In this document: piece by piece, positions 8,620 through 18,055 of the stretch
Layout of the letters: each line of letters opens with the position of its first letter
Position numbering within the stretch: position 1 is the first letter of the stretch
NCBI GenBank assembly: GCA_965223665.1
Contig: OZ245011.1
Coordinates: 3,776,001-3,840,000, forward strand
Direction of reading: 5' to 3'
Origin: Nitrospinaceae bacterium
GTDB lineage: Bacteria > Nitrospinota > Nitrospinia > Nitrospinales > Nitrospinaceae
DNA length: 64,000 nt
Position numbers and translations under genes: made by a program
The notes under the pieces: generated by a model
Told to the model about the DNA's origin: nothing
The model's database searches: none
The model's input: the letters and a program-made list of their open reading frames with translations, nothing else

Positions 8620-9939
8620 TTAAACCGAAGTTGGGGGAACTTTGGGTTTCTCTGCTTCTAAGATTTTTACTTTTTCGGCTATTTTTTCGTTACACCGTTT
8701 TCTTAAACAAAGTAAAGTTCCTCCCCATAGGATTCCAGGTACAAAATAAAATAACCCTAACGCAACAGCCGTTTGAGATAAAGACCAACTCAGGGATTCA
8801 GCAGACCACCCTACAAACCAATTACTAAGGCTCATTACCAGTGTTAATAAGGCCATTTCAGTACTAAAAATTCTACCTAAATAGTGGTCCTGCGCTTCTA
8901 AATGAATGAGTGCTGTACTAAACACCCAAATTGTGGAAGCGAAAAAAGTTAACAAACCAATTGCGAAAGCAATTTGTACAAGATGGTTCAATTGACCCAG
9001 TAATATTAAAGAAAGGCCACCTAAAAAGAAAGCTGCAAGAATGGTTAACTGTAAAACCCGGGGGGTTTCACCAAATATTTTTTTTACAACAATAGGACCT
9101 AATGCCGCACCCAACCCTCTAGCACAATACATGAACCCTATAGCGAAGGACACCTTGGAAGGAGAATTAAATATTTTATTTGCATAGAGGGGAATCATTG
9201 TCAAAATGCCACCAGATATAGCCAAGCCCGATTTTAACAAAGTTATTGCAAATATTAAGGGGTCATTCGTTAAGTATCGAGCGCCTTCTAGAAAGTCTTT
9301 TAATCCACTCGTGGCTTTAGAGGTTTTTGAAAATGCCACTTTATTTTCAGGAATTTTTATTTTGGCTATAAACCAGGCCGACCATAAGAATGTGATTGAG
9401 TCTATTATGAAGGCTGCTTTAATTCCTAGAAACCCGACAATTCCTCCACCCAATGCTGCGCCTAAAGCCAACATGACAGACCATGTGGAGCCGCTCAGAG
9501 CATTTGCTGTCACTAAATCCTTTTTAGCAGTTAAGGAAGGAATTAAAGCACTTCGAGCTGGTTCAAAAAAACCAGCTAAACTGATTTCCACTACGGTGAG
9601 CAAATATAACAACCATAAATGACTATGATTTTGAACAAATAAAAACCCAAGAACGACCACAAACCTTAACAAATCCGTAGCAATCATAATTTTTTTGCGG
9701 CTGATACGATCAGCCAGAATTCCGGCCACTGGGCTTACGAAAAATACGGGTAAGAGCTTGGCAATCATTGCCATTGACATGGCCATTCCCCCGCCTCCTA
9801 ATTGTAATATCAGTGAGTAAATGGCAATACTGTTTAGCCAATCCCCTAATTCAGAAATTACCTGACCACACCATAGGTTCCGAAATGGTATGTTTGATTT
9901 TAATAGCTGAATATAACCGCCAGAGGGTTGGGAAGTCAT
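8620..9939 (-). CDS. MFS transporter (DHA3/MFS_3-like)
   Basis: About 12 hydrophobic segments; motif A GILADRISRKKIM; FRNLWCGQVISELGDW. Confidence 0.9.
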   Translation of the reverse strand: MTSQPSGGYIQLLKSNIPFRNLWCGQVISELGDWLNSIAIYSLILQLGGGGMAMSMAMIAKLLPVFFVSPVAGILADRISRKKIMIATDLLRFVVVLGFLFVQNHSHLWLLYLLTVVEISLAGFFEPARSALIPSLTAKKDLVTANALSGSTWSVMLALGAALGGGIVGFLGIKAAFIIDSITFLWSAWFIAKIKIPENKVAFSKTSKATSGLKDFLEGARYLTNDPLIFAITLLKSGLAISGGILTMIPLYANKIFNSPSKVSFAIGFMYCARGLGAALGPIVVKKIFGETPRVLQLTILAAFFLGGLSLILLGQLNHLVQIAFAIGLLTFFASTIWVFSTALIHLEAQDHYLGRIFSTEMALLTLVMSLSNWFVGWSAESLSWSLSQTAVALGLFYFVPGILWGGTLLCLRKRCNEKIAEKVKILEAEKPKVPPTSV

Positions 9940-10111
9940 TGAAGAAGTAATTTGACAAGAAAATAGTTTTCGGAGTTGTTAGGATTTTTAAAAGGCCAAT
10001 CTAACATGGGTGGAAGGGTTTCACAAATCGTTTATAATTTAAAATTTATTGGAATAGAGTGTCCAGAATAGAAGTTTGTTATGGTATATTTTTAAAAACC
10101 AAGGATTGAAT

Positions 10112-10567
10112 ATGTTAAAAAATGAATCCCCGCAAGAATTTGACGATCAATATGACAAGCTAATTGGCAGAGTGTCTTTTTGGACATCGTTTGTGTTAGC
10201 GACCTTATCCGCGGTTTGGTATTATCAATCCAATCCGCCAGAAACAGACGAAGTCAAACGGATGCGAATGTTTTTTAAAGAAAACTCTATAGAGGTTTCC
10301 GAGTTTATCAAATTACCCCCTAAAAAAATGAAGGAAGCCGCTAAAAATAAAACGCATCCATTCTTTAAATCATATATCAAGTCTTCAGAAGTAGAAAAAA
10401 ATAAAATTAATGCTCTTATTCATGTTTCAATTGATTACACCCCCAATCAATATTGGTTCAATATCATTTTTCTTTGGGTGATATTTTTTACCACCTTTTG
10501 GTTTCTGGGATTAATGCTTCAAGGGGTGATAAATTTAGTTCGAAACGATTCGGTGAAAAAAAAATAA
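10112..10567 (+). CDS. Hypothetical membrane protein (2 TM)
   Basis: Two hydrophobic segments flank a soluble loop. ATG 10112 follows AAGGA and is preferred over TTG 10076. Confidence 0.7.
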   Translation: MLKNESPQEFDDQYDKLIGRVSFWTSFVLATLSAVWYYQSNPPETDEVKRMRMFFKENSIEVSEFIKLPPKKMKEAAKNKTHPFFKSYIKSSEVEKNKINALIHVSIDYTPNQYWFNIIFLWVIFFTTFWFLGLMLQGVINLVRNDSVKKK

Positions 10568-10594
10568 AACACTTCAACTTATTTTTAGAGCGCC

Positions 10595-11380
10595 ATGAAC
10601 GTTGACACGATACGTTTTTCAGTTTTTCTTGGTGTATTTATTCTTATGCTCATTTTGGAGCATTTAATACCGCGTCATCACACAGTAGATTCCAAGCTTC
10701 GGCGGTTAGGAATAAACTTTGGTTTAACTGGATTTAACATTATTCTCGTTAAATTAGTATTAGGAGGAGGTGCTGTAGCTACTGCCCATTTTGCAACAGA
10801 ACAGGGATGGGGGGTATTAAATTATGTTAATTGGCCGTTTTGGTTGGAGGTTGTTTTGGCGGTTATTTTTTTAGACCTGATGATCTATCTACAGCATGTC
10901 TTAGTTCATATGGTTCCTTTTTTTTGGCGGTTCCATGTAGTTCATCATTCAGATTTAGATTTGGATGTTTCGTCCGGATTAAGGTTTCATCCTTTAGAAA
11001 TATTAGGGTCTATGATTTTTAAAATGGGATTGATTTTGGCTTTAGGTCCCTCAGCATTTTCTGTAATAATTTTTGAAGCTATTCTTAACGGAATGGCTCA
11101 ATTCTCACATTCTAATTTTAAGATTTCCGAGCCTTTAGATCGAATTTTGCGTTATTTAATTGTCACTCCAGATATGCATCGGATTCACCATTCCATAGAA
11201 AGAAACGAAACAAATTCCAATTATGGATTTAATCTTTCCATTTGGGACAGATTACTAGGTACCTATAAACATTTTGCTAAAAAAGACCAGCCCGAGATAG
11301 TGATTGGTGTACCGGAATATCGTGACACCCAACAAGTCAGCTTACCTAAGTTAATTACCATGCCTTTAAAGTATCCTTAA
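10595..11380 (+). CDS. Sterol desaturase / fatty acid hydroxylase family protein
   Basis: His boxes YLQHVLVH, FHVVHHSD, FSHSN and MHRIHHS; NYGFNLSIWDRLLGT. Confidence 0.9.
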   Translation: MNVDTIRFSVFLGVFILMLILEHLIPRHHTVDSKLRRLGINFGLTGFNIILVKLVLGGGAVATAHFATEQGWGVLNYVNWPFWLEVVLAVIFLDLMIYLQHVLVHMVPFFWRFHVVHHSDLDLDVSSGLRFHPLEILGSMIFKMGLILALGPSAFSVIIFEAILNGMAQFSHSNFKISEPLDRILRYLIVTPDMHRIHHSIERNETNSNYGFNLSIWDRLLGTYKHFAKKDQPEIVIGVPEYRDTQQVSLPKLITMPLKYP

Positions 11381-11424
11381 GCTTATTCCAAAGGATTTAG
11401 TTTTTCCCCCATTATGGAGGAAAA

Positions 11425-11649
11425 TTGGTAAAATATCCCATGTCTGTCAGATACTATTGGATCAGTTTTATTGTTGTGCTGGGCCTAACTATCATTATCA
11501 GTTGGGTCCGACAAACTCGATCCCGAAAGGAGTTTTTTTTAATTATGGTATTTGTTACGGTGGGTTTAGTTTTAATTGGTTTCATTTTAGCGGGGTTAGC
11601 AAAACTTTTTGAGTACTTAGGAATTAGCGAATCGGGATTTATTTATTAA
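11425..11649 (+). CDS. Small 2-TM membrane protein
   Basis: GGAGG upstream; two hydrophobic segments. Confidence 0.6.
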   Translation: MVKYPMSVRYYWISFIVVLGLTIIISWVRQTRSRKEFFLIMVFVTVGLVLIGFILAGLAKLFEYLGISESGFIY

Positions 11650-11727
11650 TTGAATCCTGAAAAATTTAGTTTGCGAGGCCTGTCATCATGAACTCAAGGA
11701 ATCTTATTTTGATGGGTGATATATAGT

Positions 11728-11949
11728 ATGGAAAACTTAGAATTTACGCCATTCATGTTTGCCATTATGGGGTTAGCCTTTGTAATAATTTCATATTTTA
11801 TGGGAATGTTAATTCATTCTGCATGGATGTACGAGGATACAGAAAAAATGAAACGCGATAGCAGAAAGGCGTGGACTTTGTGTATGATTGCTGGCACAGG
11901 TGTGACCGGGTGGTTATTTGCGTATGGTTATTATGTTAATTTTCGTTGA
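11728..11949 (+). CDS. Small 2-TM membrane protein
   Basis: Two hydrophobic segments separated by a charged loop. Start is ATG 11728 or GTG 11716. Confidence 0.65.
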   Translation: MENLEFTPFMFAIMGLAFVIISYFMGMLIHSAWMYEDTEKMKRDSRKAWTLCMIAGTGVTGWLFAYGYYVNFR

Positions 11950-11968
11950 TAAATAATCGAAATATTTT

Positions 11969-12319
11969 TTATCCTGCTAAAATATCAATCAATTTTTGAC
12001 AATCATTTTTATATAAATTAATTTCTTCTCTTTCAGTCTCATCTAAATCGTCCAGGGGTTGCTCATCTAATAATTCAATAGCATCGTTAAGACCTCCTGC
12101 TACAATATCCAGTTCATGCTCTGCCAAAGCATAAATGGATGGGTTTTGTCGCAACCTGTCAAATACTCTTGTATATTTTGTTTTATAATCCATGACTTCC
12201 ATCTTTTTTTTGTCCGGCATTGGATTTCGTAATTCCATGTTCATGTCCGAAATGGCATCATTAAGTGCCATCTTAATAGTTTCAATTTCTTTTGGCCCGA
12301 TTGACGCCAGAGATTTCAT
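11969..12319 (-). CDS. Hypothetical helical protein with an internal two-fold repeat
   Basis: AAGGA SD. EIETIKMALNDAI...YK aligns with ELDIVAGGLNDAI...YK. Confidence 0.75.
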   Translation of the reverse strand: MKSLASIGPKEIETIKMALNDAISDMNMELRNPMPDKKKMEVMDYKTKYTRVFDRLRQNPSIYALAEHELDIVAGGLNDAIELLDEQPLDDLDETEREEINLYKNDCQKLIDILAG

Positions 12320-12441
12320 AAAATTTCCTTATGTCCAGTTAGGTTGAAAATTAGATAGAAATTCAAATGTTTTATAAAAACCAAAATACTTTGTTTGGAT
12401 GTTACTTTATATTATATACATTCATTAAAACTTTCAAAAAT

Positions 12442-12475
12442 AAAAAAGCCTGCGTCTTAAAAATGCAGGCTTTTT
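12442..12475. terminator. Bidirectional terminator-like hairpin
   Basis: aaaaagcctgc-gtcttaaaaat-gcaggcttttt. Confidence 0.7.
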
Positions 12476-12900
12476 AGAGGTTAATAGCCGATTTCTCCCC
12501 TAATGGATTTGGAATTGGTTTTTCTTTTATTAAAAAATTATTGATTTAAATCTAATTTTTTACCTTGTAGGAGCATTTTCTTAGAGTTTGCCCTTGCCTA
12601 ATTTTGTCGTAATAGTTCTTAAGTTTAAAACACATTTCCGGGTTTTAAAGAAAAGACTAGAGCTTTTCAAAAAAATATTGCTGCTAATGTTTGTTACAAG
12701 TTAGAGTAATTTTTTAAATTGATTGGAAAATGGGTGGAACACTTTTTAATGGTAATCTCTTCTAAGATGTAATTTGGATTAATGAGACAAGATAAAAACT
12801 ATTTACGATTCATTAAAGTTGATAAAATGGTGCCGGTTAGATTGTGGAAAACCTTTTTTTTATCAAAACCCTTCTTGTCTGAGAATTTAAATTTCTATTA

Positions 12901-13467
12901 ATGCTTTTTTTTAAAAAGAATTCTCGTTTGGTTTTTATTGTTTCCGCTATAGTTGCAATAATTGCCATTGCTGAAATGAATGGTTTCCGATCTTATTTTT
13001 CTGTCACCTCGGTTAAAGATTTATTTTTAGAAAATAAATTTATTGGCATTATTCTGTTTTGCTTAGTTTTTTCAATTGGAAATTTGCTATATGTTCCCGG
13101 ATGGATTTTTTTAGTAGGTTCTGTTTTTTCTTTAGGAAAAGAATGGGGAGGCCTGGTTACTTATTTTGCTGCTATGTTTTCAGCAATGGTCAGTTTCTAT
13201 TGTTTGCATTATTTTGGTCGAGATGCTCTAAGAAACTTTGATAATAAATTAGCTAATCGAATTTTTTCGAATTTAGATAATAATCCTGTCTCTTCCATAG
13301 TGTTACTTCGATTGATTTTTCAAACAGCCCCTCCATTAAATTATGCTTTGGCTATGTCAGATATTAGGTTTAGGAATTACTTTTTTGGAACATTGATTGG
13401 TTTACCCATTCCAATTTTTGTGTATTGTTATTTTTTTGATTTTTTTCTGCAAAATTTTTTCAAATGA
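12901..13467 (+). CDS. VTT/TVP38 (DedA superfamily) membrane protein
   Basis: VPGWIF, LLRLIFQTAPPLNYALAMSDIRFRNYFFGTLIGLPIP. Confidence 0.8.
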   Translation: MLFFKKNSRLVFIVSAIVAIIAIAEMNGFRSYFSVTSVKDLFLENKFIGIILFCLVFSIGNLLYVPGWIFLVGSVFSLGKEWGGLVTYFAAMFSAMVSFYCLHYFGRDALRNFDNKLANRIFSNLDNNPVSSIVLLRLIFQTAPPLNYALAMSDIRFRNYFFGTLIGLPIPIFVYCYFFDFFLQNFFK

Positions 13468-13476
13468 ATAAACAAG

Positions 13477-14118
13477 TCATCCACTTTTATTCTCCCCAAG
13501 TAATTGCAAAATATTTTTTTCTGTTTGTTGATACCGACCTTCACCAAAGTGGCTGTAGCGGATAAACCCATTTTTATCTATTAAATAAAATGCTGGCCAA
13601 TATCGATTTCTATAGGCTCTCCATAGTTGGAATCCATTGTCTAAAGCCACTGGGAATTGAATTCCATGCTTTTTAACAGCCTCTTTGACATTTTTTAAAT
13701 TCTTTTCGAAAAAGAATTCCGGAGCATGGATACCCAATACTATAAATCCCTTTTCTTTATATTTTTTGTACCAAGACTTTACGTGGGGGAGTGTATTAAT
13801 GCAGTTGTAGCAGGAATAGGTCCAGAAATCTATTAGAACAACTTTTCCTTTTAATTCCTTCATAGAGCTAATCGAAGAAGAATTAATCCAATGGCTTAAA
13901 CCTATAATCTCTGGTGCTTTATTGAGTCTTGGTAATGAAGAAGATTTTGAGTTGACAGAATGTGCAGCCAATTGCGTCCCTCCCAAAAGCAGACTAATAA
14001 TTAAAGTAACGGAAAATATTTTAATAAAATGTTCTGAGCAATTTTGCTTTGTTGAATAGTTTGAGAAACGTGAAGATCTTTTCTCAGCTTTATTTTTTAT
14101 ATTAATTATAATTTTCAT
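13477..14118 (-). CDS. DipZ-like TlpA/redoxin family thioredoxin
   Basis: GKVVLIDFWTYSCYNC, GIHAPEF, YRNRYWPAFYLID, HFGEGRY. Confidence 0.9.
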   Translation of the reverse strand: MKIIINIKNKAEKRSSRFSNYSTKQNCSEHFIKIFSVTLIISLLLGGTQLAAHSVNSKSSSLPRLNKAPEIIGLSHWINSSSISSMKELKGKVVLIDFWTYSCYNCINTLPHVKSWYKKYKEKGFIVLGIHAPEFFFEKNLKNVKEAVKKHGIQFPVALDNGFQLWRAYRNRYWPAFYLIDKNGFIRYSHFGEGRYQQTEKNILQLLGENKSG

Positions 14119-14183
14119 AGTATATTTCCTTTGGAATATTTAAATTCCTTAATTTGTTACTACTTATAAAAAGTTTTTGATTT

Positions 14184-14639
14184 TTAAATGTAAGCCAATC
14201 TTGTTTTATCTTTTTTAATTATTAAAAAAATTAAAACTAAAGAAGCGATTACTAATATTAAATCTTCAAAAACTGTCCAACCGGATAGAGGTCTGGCAAA
14301 AAATACTCCAAAACAACCGCAATTGGGTATAGACAATCCACGAAATAAAGTAATCAATGTCCAAAAAATAAATATCAAATGCAAAACCATAGAAAAGATT
14401 GCTCCCAACATCAATGTCCTATCTTTTAATAACCATTCTGCAATTCTAAGTTCCAGCAAAATAAGGGTGACAACCACAAAATGAATAGCCCAGGTGGGAA
14501 TCGCCTGATATGTTTCTAATACTTTTACAAACCCAGGAACATCTAACAATTTTCCTAAGCTGGTTAAAAATAATAAAGCTGAAATAAAATAGCGAATTAT
14601 GCAAATTACTATTTTATTGACTGTTGAGTCGCCAGTCAT
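14184..14639 (-). CDS. MauE/DoxX family redox-associated membrane protein
   Basis: SLGKLLD, NCGCFG; four TM segments. The start is uncertain. Confidence 0.8.
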   Translation of the reverse strand: MTGDSTVNKIVICIIRYFISALLFLTSLGKLLDVPGFVKVLETYQAIPTWAIHFVVVTLILLELRIAEWLLKDRTLMLGAIFSMVLHLIFIFWTLITLFRGLSIPNCGCFGVFFARPLSGWTVFEDLILVIASLVLIFLIIKKDKTRLAYI

Positions 14640-14846
14640 AATCCATAAACTCCACTTTGTAATCTGCTGGTACTGCTTTAATTCGATTTCTATTGATATA
14701 TGAAATAATGGTTGGTGTAGTAGGGTTATTTATAAATCACTTTTATAAAACTTAAAGATCTTTGATGCTTGGACTTTTTTTTCTTCAATAGAATTTAAGT
14801 CTGAATTTTTCCCTATCGAAACGGATGAAAAATTTTTACGTTTCAT
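14614..14846 (-). pseudogene. Degraded DUF547-family gene (C-terminal remnant, frameshifted)
   Basis: The minus strand reads ...EEKKVQASKIFKFYKSD, then a 1-nt frameshift, then NNPTTPTIISYINRNRIKAVPADYKVEFMDYDWRLNSQ*. This aligns with the C-terminus of the intact DUF547 at 55970-56800 (VHISSIFDWFEEDF...YDIEHLNYNWDLN). Confidence 0.7.
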
Positions 14847-15002
14847 TGAACCAGCCTCAAATTAAAAAATATTAATGTAATTAATAATTAAACTGACATT
14901 ATTAAGAGGTTGGTCGATAACCGGGAAGTCTCATTACAAAAACTTTTATTCAATTTAAATTTGCGGAAAAAATTATTTTTATAAATAAACTTGTAAATTA
15001 AT

Positions 15003-15166
15003 CATTATGGTATTCGAATAGCTTGGTCGTCTGAGGACCTTGGAAAACGGATTCAGGAAATCATGTTAAAAATACATGGTCAATGTGTCGAATACGGAAC
15101 GAATAATGGAAAAGTAGATTATGTTAAAGGTGCGAATATTGAATGTTGTCTTATGGGGTAATGTAA
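15003..15166 (+). pseudogene. gdhA: 3' remnant of NADP-glutamate dehydrogenase
   Basis: Translates as IRIAWSSEDLGKRIQEIMLKIHGQCVEYGTNNGKVDYVKGANI, then a short deletion/frameshift, then MLSYGVM*. This is the typical GdhA C-terminus with the AGFxKVAxA segment missing. Confidence 0.8.
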
Positions 15167-15191
15167 AAGTTTTTGAATTTTGATGTTTTCC

Positions 15192-15623
15192 TTATTTTTC
15201 ACAAAGTGGGATTATTTTAGAGGGTTCCTCAAGAATCGTTTGGATGGTAGCTTCCTTGAAAACGTCTTCCATGAGCTGGATGGATTGGTTGATTCTTTTA
15301 TGCAAGGCACAAAGATTTTGGGTGTGAGCATTGAGCTTTAAGGGACAACTTTGAATTTTTCGAATAGGGTCGACTGCATTGATTACACTTAAAAGTTGGA
15401 TCTGATCGGAGGGTCGACTTAGGATATATCCCCCATGAACTCCTCTCTTTGAATGGACAATTTCTCCTTTTGCTAGGCTGTGAAGCACTTTAGACAGGTA
15501 AAATTCCGGGACTTTAGTAGCAAGGGCAATTTCAGCCGTAGTTAGGGGTTTTTCAGGATGTTGTGCTAAGGATACTATTGCTCTTAAAGCGTATTCGGCG
15601 GTTTGCGAAATCAAGTTCTGCAT
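15192..15623 (-). CDS. Rrf2 family transcriptional regulator
   Basis: SQTAEYALRA, YLSKVLHSL, SKRGVHGGY; putative cluster motif C-x6-H-x4-C-x2-H. Confidence 0.9.
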   Translation of the reverse strand: MQNLISQTAEYALRAIVSLAQHPEKPLTTAEIALATKVPEFYLSKVLHSLAKGEIVHSKRGVHGGYILSRPSDQIQLLSVINAVDPIRKIQSCPLKLNAHTQNLCALHKRINQSIQLMEDVFKEATIQTILEEPSKIIPLCEK

Positions 15624-15649
15624 CTCCGGACAGGTGGTTATTCAGCCAC

Positions 15650-15751
15650 AGGTTATCAAAAGGAAAAAAAATGTCAATTAAGGATAAAAAGACCTTGACA
15701 TCTTTAATTGGCTTGTATATTTTAATTAAAGATAAAGATATCTTTTTATCT
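15650..15751. promoter_or_regulatory. Divergent sigma70 promoters plus candidate Rrf2 operators
   Basis: Plus strand: TTGACA 15695-15700 with a TATATT/TATTTT -10. Minus strand: TTGACA 15677-15672, N16, TAACCT. Inverted repeats AAGGAT-AAAAA-GACCTT (15680-15696) and AAAGATA-AAGA-TATCTTT (15728-15745). Confidence 0.6.
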
Positions 15752-15774
15752 GTTAAAAGAGAGTCGAATATTTT

Positions 15775-16215
15775 ATGAAATCTATAGCCACTATAAAAAA
15801 CACTGAACTGCCAGATTTAGATTCTCGCGAAAGAATTCAAACTTTGGTGAATTCCTTTTACTCGAAAGTTAGGAAGGAGCAATTATTAGGGCGTCTATTC
15901 GAAGAGGTGATTGATGATTGGGAGTCCCATTTGCCAACTATGTACAATTTTTGGGAAAAAGTTTTATTGGGTACAGGAAACTATCAGGGAAATCCTTTCC
16001 AGAAACATATGAAATTGTCTTTGATGAAAAAACATTTCAATGTTTGGGTTGAATTATTTATTCAAACAGTGGATGAGAATTTTTCTGGTATTTATGCTGA
16101 GAAATCGAAGAGATTGGCAAAAAATGTTTCCGAAACCTTTCAACATAGATTGGGGATTGATTCTTTGTCATCGGACTACATCATTCCCAAGTATGTTTCT
16201 TCAAACGTTCCTTAA
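15775..16215 (+). CDS. Group III truncated haemoglobin (trHbP)
   Basis: LVNSFYSKVR..LLG..F, DWESHLPTMYNFW, YQGNPFQKH, HFNVWVELF. Confidence 0.9.
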   Translation: MKSIATIKNTELPDLDSRERIQTLVNSFYSKVRKEQLLGRLFEEVIDDWESHLPTMYNFWEKVLLGTGNYQGNPFQKHMKLSLMKKHFNVWVELFIQTVDENFSGIYAEKSKRLAKNVSETFQHRLGIDSLSSDYIIPKYVSSNVP

Positions 16216-16230
16216 ATAGGAGGATGAAAA

Positions 16231-16950
16231 ATGAATTTTTCAAATTTTAATATTCAAACACCAGTGGGTGATTTTGTAAATCACAATCCGGTTGTTGCAA
16301 TTAAATTGCTCGGTGATTTTGATTTAGATTATTGCTGTGGTGGTAAAAAGACTCTGAAACAAGCTTGTGAGGAAAAAGAACTGAATGCCACTGAAGTTTT
16401 AAACCAGTTAAATCAGGCAGAATTTGAAAGCAAAACCCGAATTAATGATGATTGGCTGGCCCTGGACCCTGTTAGCTTAATTGATCAAATAGTAAATACT
16501 CATCACTGCTATTTGGAAAAGGTCTTTCCAGAATTAATTCAAACGACAGAAAAAGTGGTTCAAGCGCATGGAAATAATCATAAAGAACTAAGGGAATTAA
16601 GAAAAACTATTCATGCATTAATTGATGATTTTCAACCACATCTAATTAAAGAAGAACAAGTTTTATTCCCGATGATAAAAACTATTTCTGAAAGTATTGA
16701 TTCTAATCCAATGGCAAATTTGGGTTCATTAGAAAAACCGATTAGGGTCATGCTGTCTGAACATGAAAACGTCGGGCATCTTTTACAACAAATTAAATCT
16801 CTAACGAATGGATATTCTCCCCCGAACGATGCCTGTAATTCATTCAAGCATTTATACCGAATTCTAAAAGAAATTGAACAAGATACTTTTTTGCATATCC
16901 ATAAGGAAAATAACCTTCTGTTTCCGAAAGTTTTAGAATTGGTAACGTAA
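16231..16950 (+). CDS. ric: Iron-sulfur cluster repair di-iron protein Ric/YtfE
   Basis: LDYCCGG (ScdA_N); hemerythrin ligands THH, HLIKEEQVLFP, SEHE and HIHKENNLLFP. Confidence 0.95.
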   Translation: MNFSNFNIQTPVGDFVNHNPVVAIKLLGDFDLDYCCGGKKTLKQACEEKELNATEVLNQLNQAEFESKTRINDDWLALDPVSLIDQIVNTHHCYLEKVFPELIQTTEKVVQAHGNNHKELRELRKTIHALIDDFQPHLIKEEQVLFPMIKTISESIDSNPMANLGSLEKPIRVMLSEHENVGHLLQQIKSLTNGYSPPNDACNSFKHLYRILKEIEQDTFLHIHKENNLLFPKVLELVT

Positions 16951-17012
16951 GAGCCACTTTTTTTGTTAGTAAATTTAAAATTTATAAATCCATTTTATAA
17001 GGAATTCCAAAT

Positions 17013-18005
17013 ATGAAAAACAAATACTTATATAAGGGAATAACAACATTGATTACGGTATGGGTCGGGATATTTTTTTCAATTAATGTATTCGCTGATA
17101 ATGAAGCAAAACTAACTACGGCCCCCAATGTGCCTGACCCTATAGGCAAGCGAGAAGCGCAAACAATCCAGATAAAGTTTGAAGCAAAGGAATTTAAAGG
17201 ATTTCTTGCGGAAGGTGTTCAATATGAGTTCTGGAGTTTTAACGGTATAGTGCCTGGTCCAATGGCCCGAGTCCGTGTAGGTGACCAGGTAAAATTTCAA
17301 TTATCTAATGCTAAATCCAATAGTCAACAACACAACATTGACATTCATGCCGTCAATGGACCCGGTGGAGGCGCAGCAGTGAACACTGTGAGTCCTGGTG
17401 AAACCAAGACATTTACTTGGAAAGCGCTCAATCCAGGTTTGTATATTTATCACTGTGCTGCCGGATCTATTGTAGATCACATTGCTAATGGAATGTATGG
17501 TTTAATTTTAGTTGAACCCGCGGGCGGCCTCTCTAAGGTAGATAGAGAGTTTTATGTTTTTGAAAGTGAATTTTTCTTAACTGATCCAGAGAATGGAGTT
17601 GCTGCATTTGACATTACCAAAGGTCTAGCGGAACATCCTACTTATGTTGTGTTTAATGGTAAAGAAGGGGCTGTGACAGGGAAGAATGCTCTAAAGGCGA
17701 AAACTGGGGAGACTATCAGGATTTTCTTTGGGAACATTGGTCCTAATGGAATTTCTTCCTTCCATGTAATTGGTGAGATTTTTGACAAGGTGTATCATGA
17801 AGGTGCAATCAATGGTCTTGTCAATCACAACATCCAAACCACTTTAGTCCCATCGGCGGGCGCCACAATAGTGGAATTCAAAGTGGATAATCCAGGGACA
17901 TATGTTTTAGTAGATCACAGCATTTTTCGAGTTGCTAAGGGAGCTATTGGCCACTTGGTTGTGACAGGAGATAAAAATCCTTCCATTTATTTGGGAAAAG
18001 AATAA
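17013..18005 (+). CDS. nirK: Copper-containing nitrite reductase
   Basis: Signal peptide. HNIDIH, YHCA, DHIANGMYG, SSFHVIGEIFD and VDHS supply all T1/T2 Cu ligands and the catalytic Asp/His. Confidence 0.93.
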   Translation: MKNKYLYKGITTLITVWVGIFFSINVFADNEAKLTTAPNVPDPIGKREAQTIQIKFEAKEFKGFLAEGVQYEFWSFNGIVPGPMARVRVGDQVKFQLSNAKSNSQQHNIDIHAVNGPGGGAAVNTVSPGETKTFTWKALNPGLYIYHCAAGSIVDHIANGMYGLILVEPAGGLSKVDREFYVFESEFFLTDPENGVAAFDITKGLAEHPTYVVFNGKEGAVTGKNALKAKTGETIRIFFGNIGPNGISSFHVIGEIFDKVYHEGAINGLVNHNIQTTLVPSAGATIVEFKVDNPGTYVLVDHSIFRVAKGAIGHLVVTGDKNPSIYLGKE

Positions 18006-18055
18006 TCAATAGAATTTTTGTTTGGTTGGATTCAAGGAAAGCGAAGGAAAGTGTC

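Noticed and set aside
12541-12554. FNR/DNR-like box TTGAT-TTAA-ATCTA
   Set aside because: One mismatch in very AT-rich DNA, and no promoter at the expected distance.
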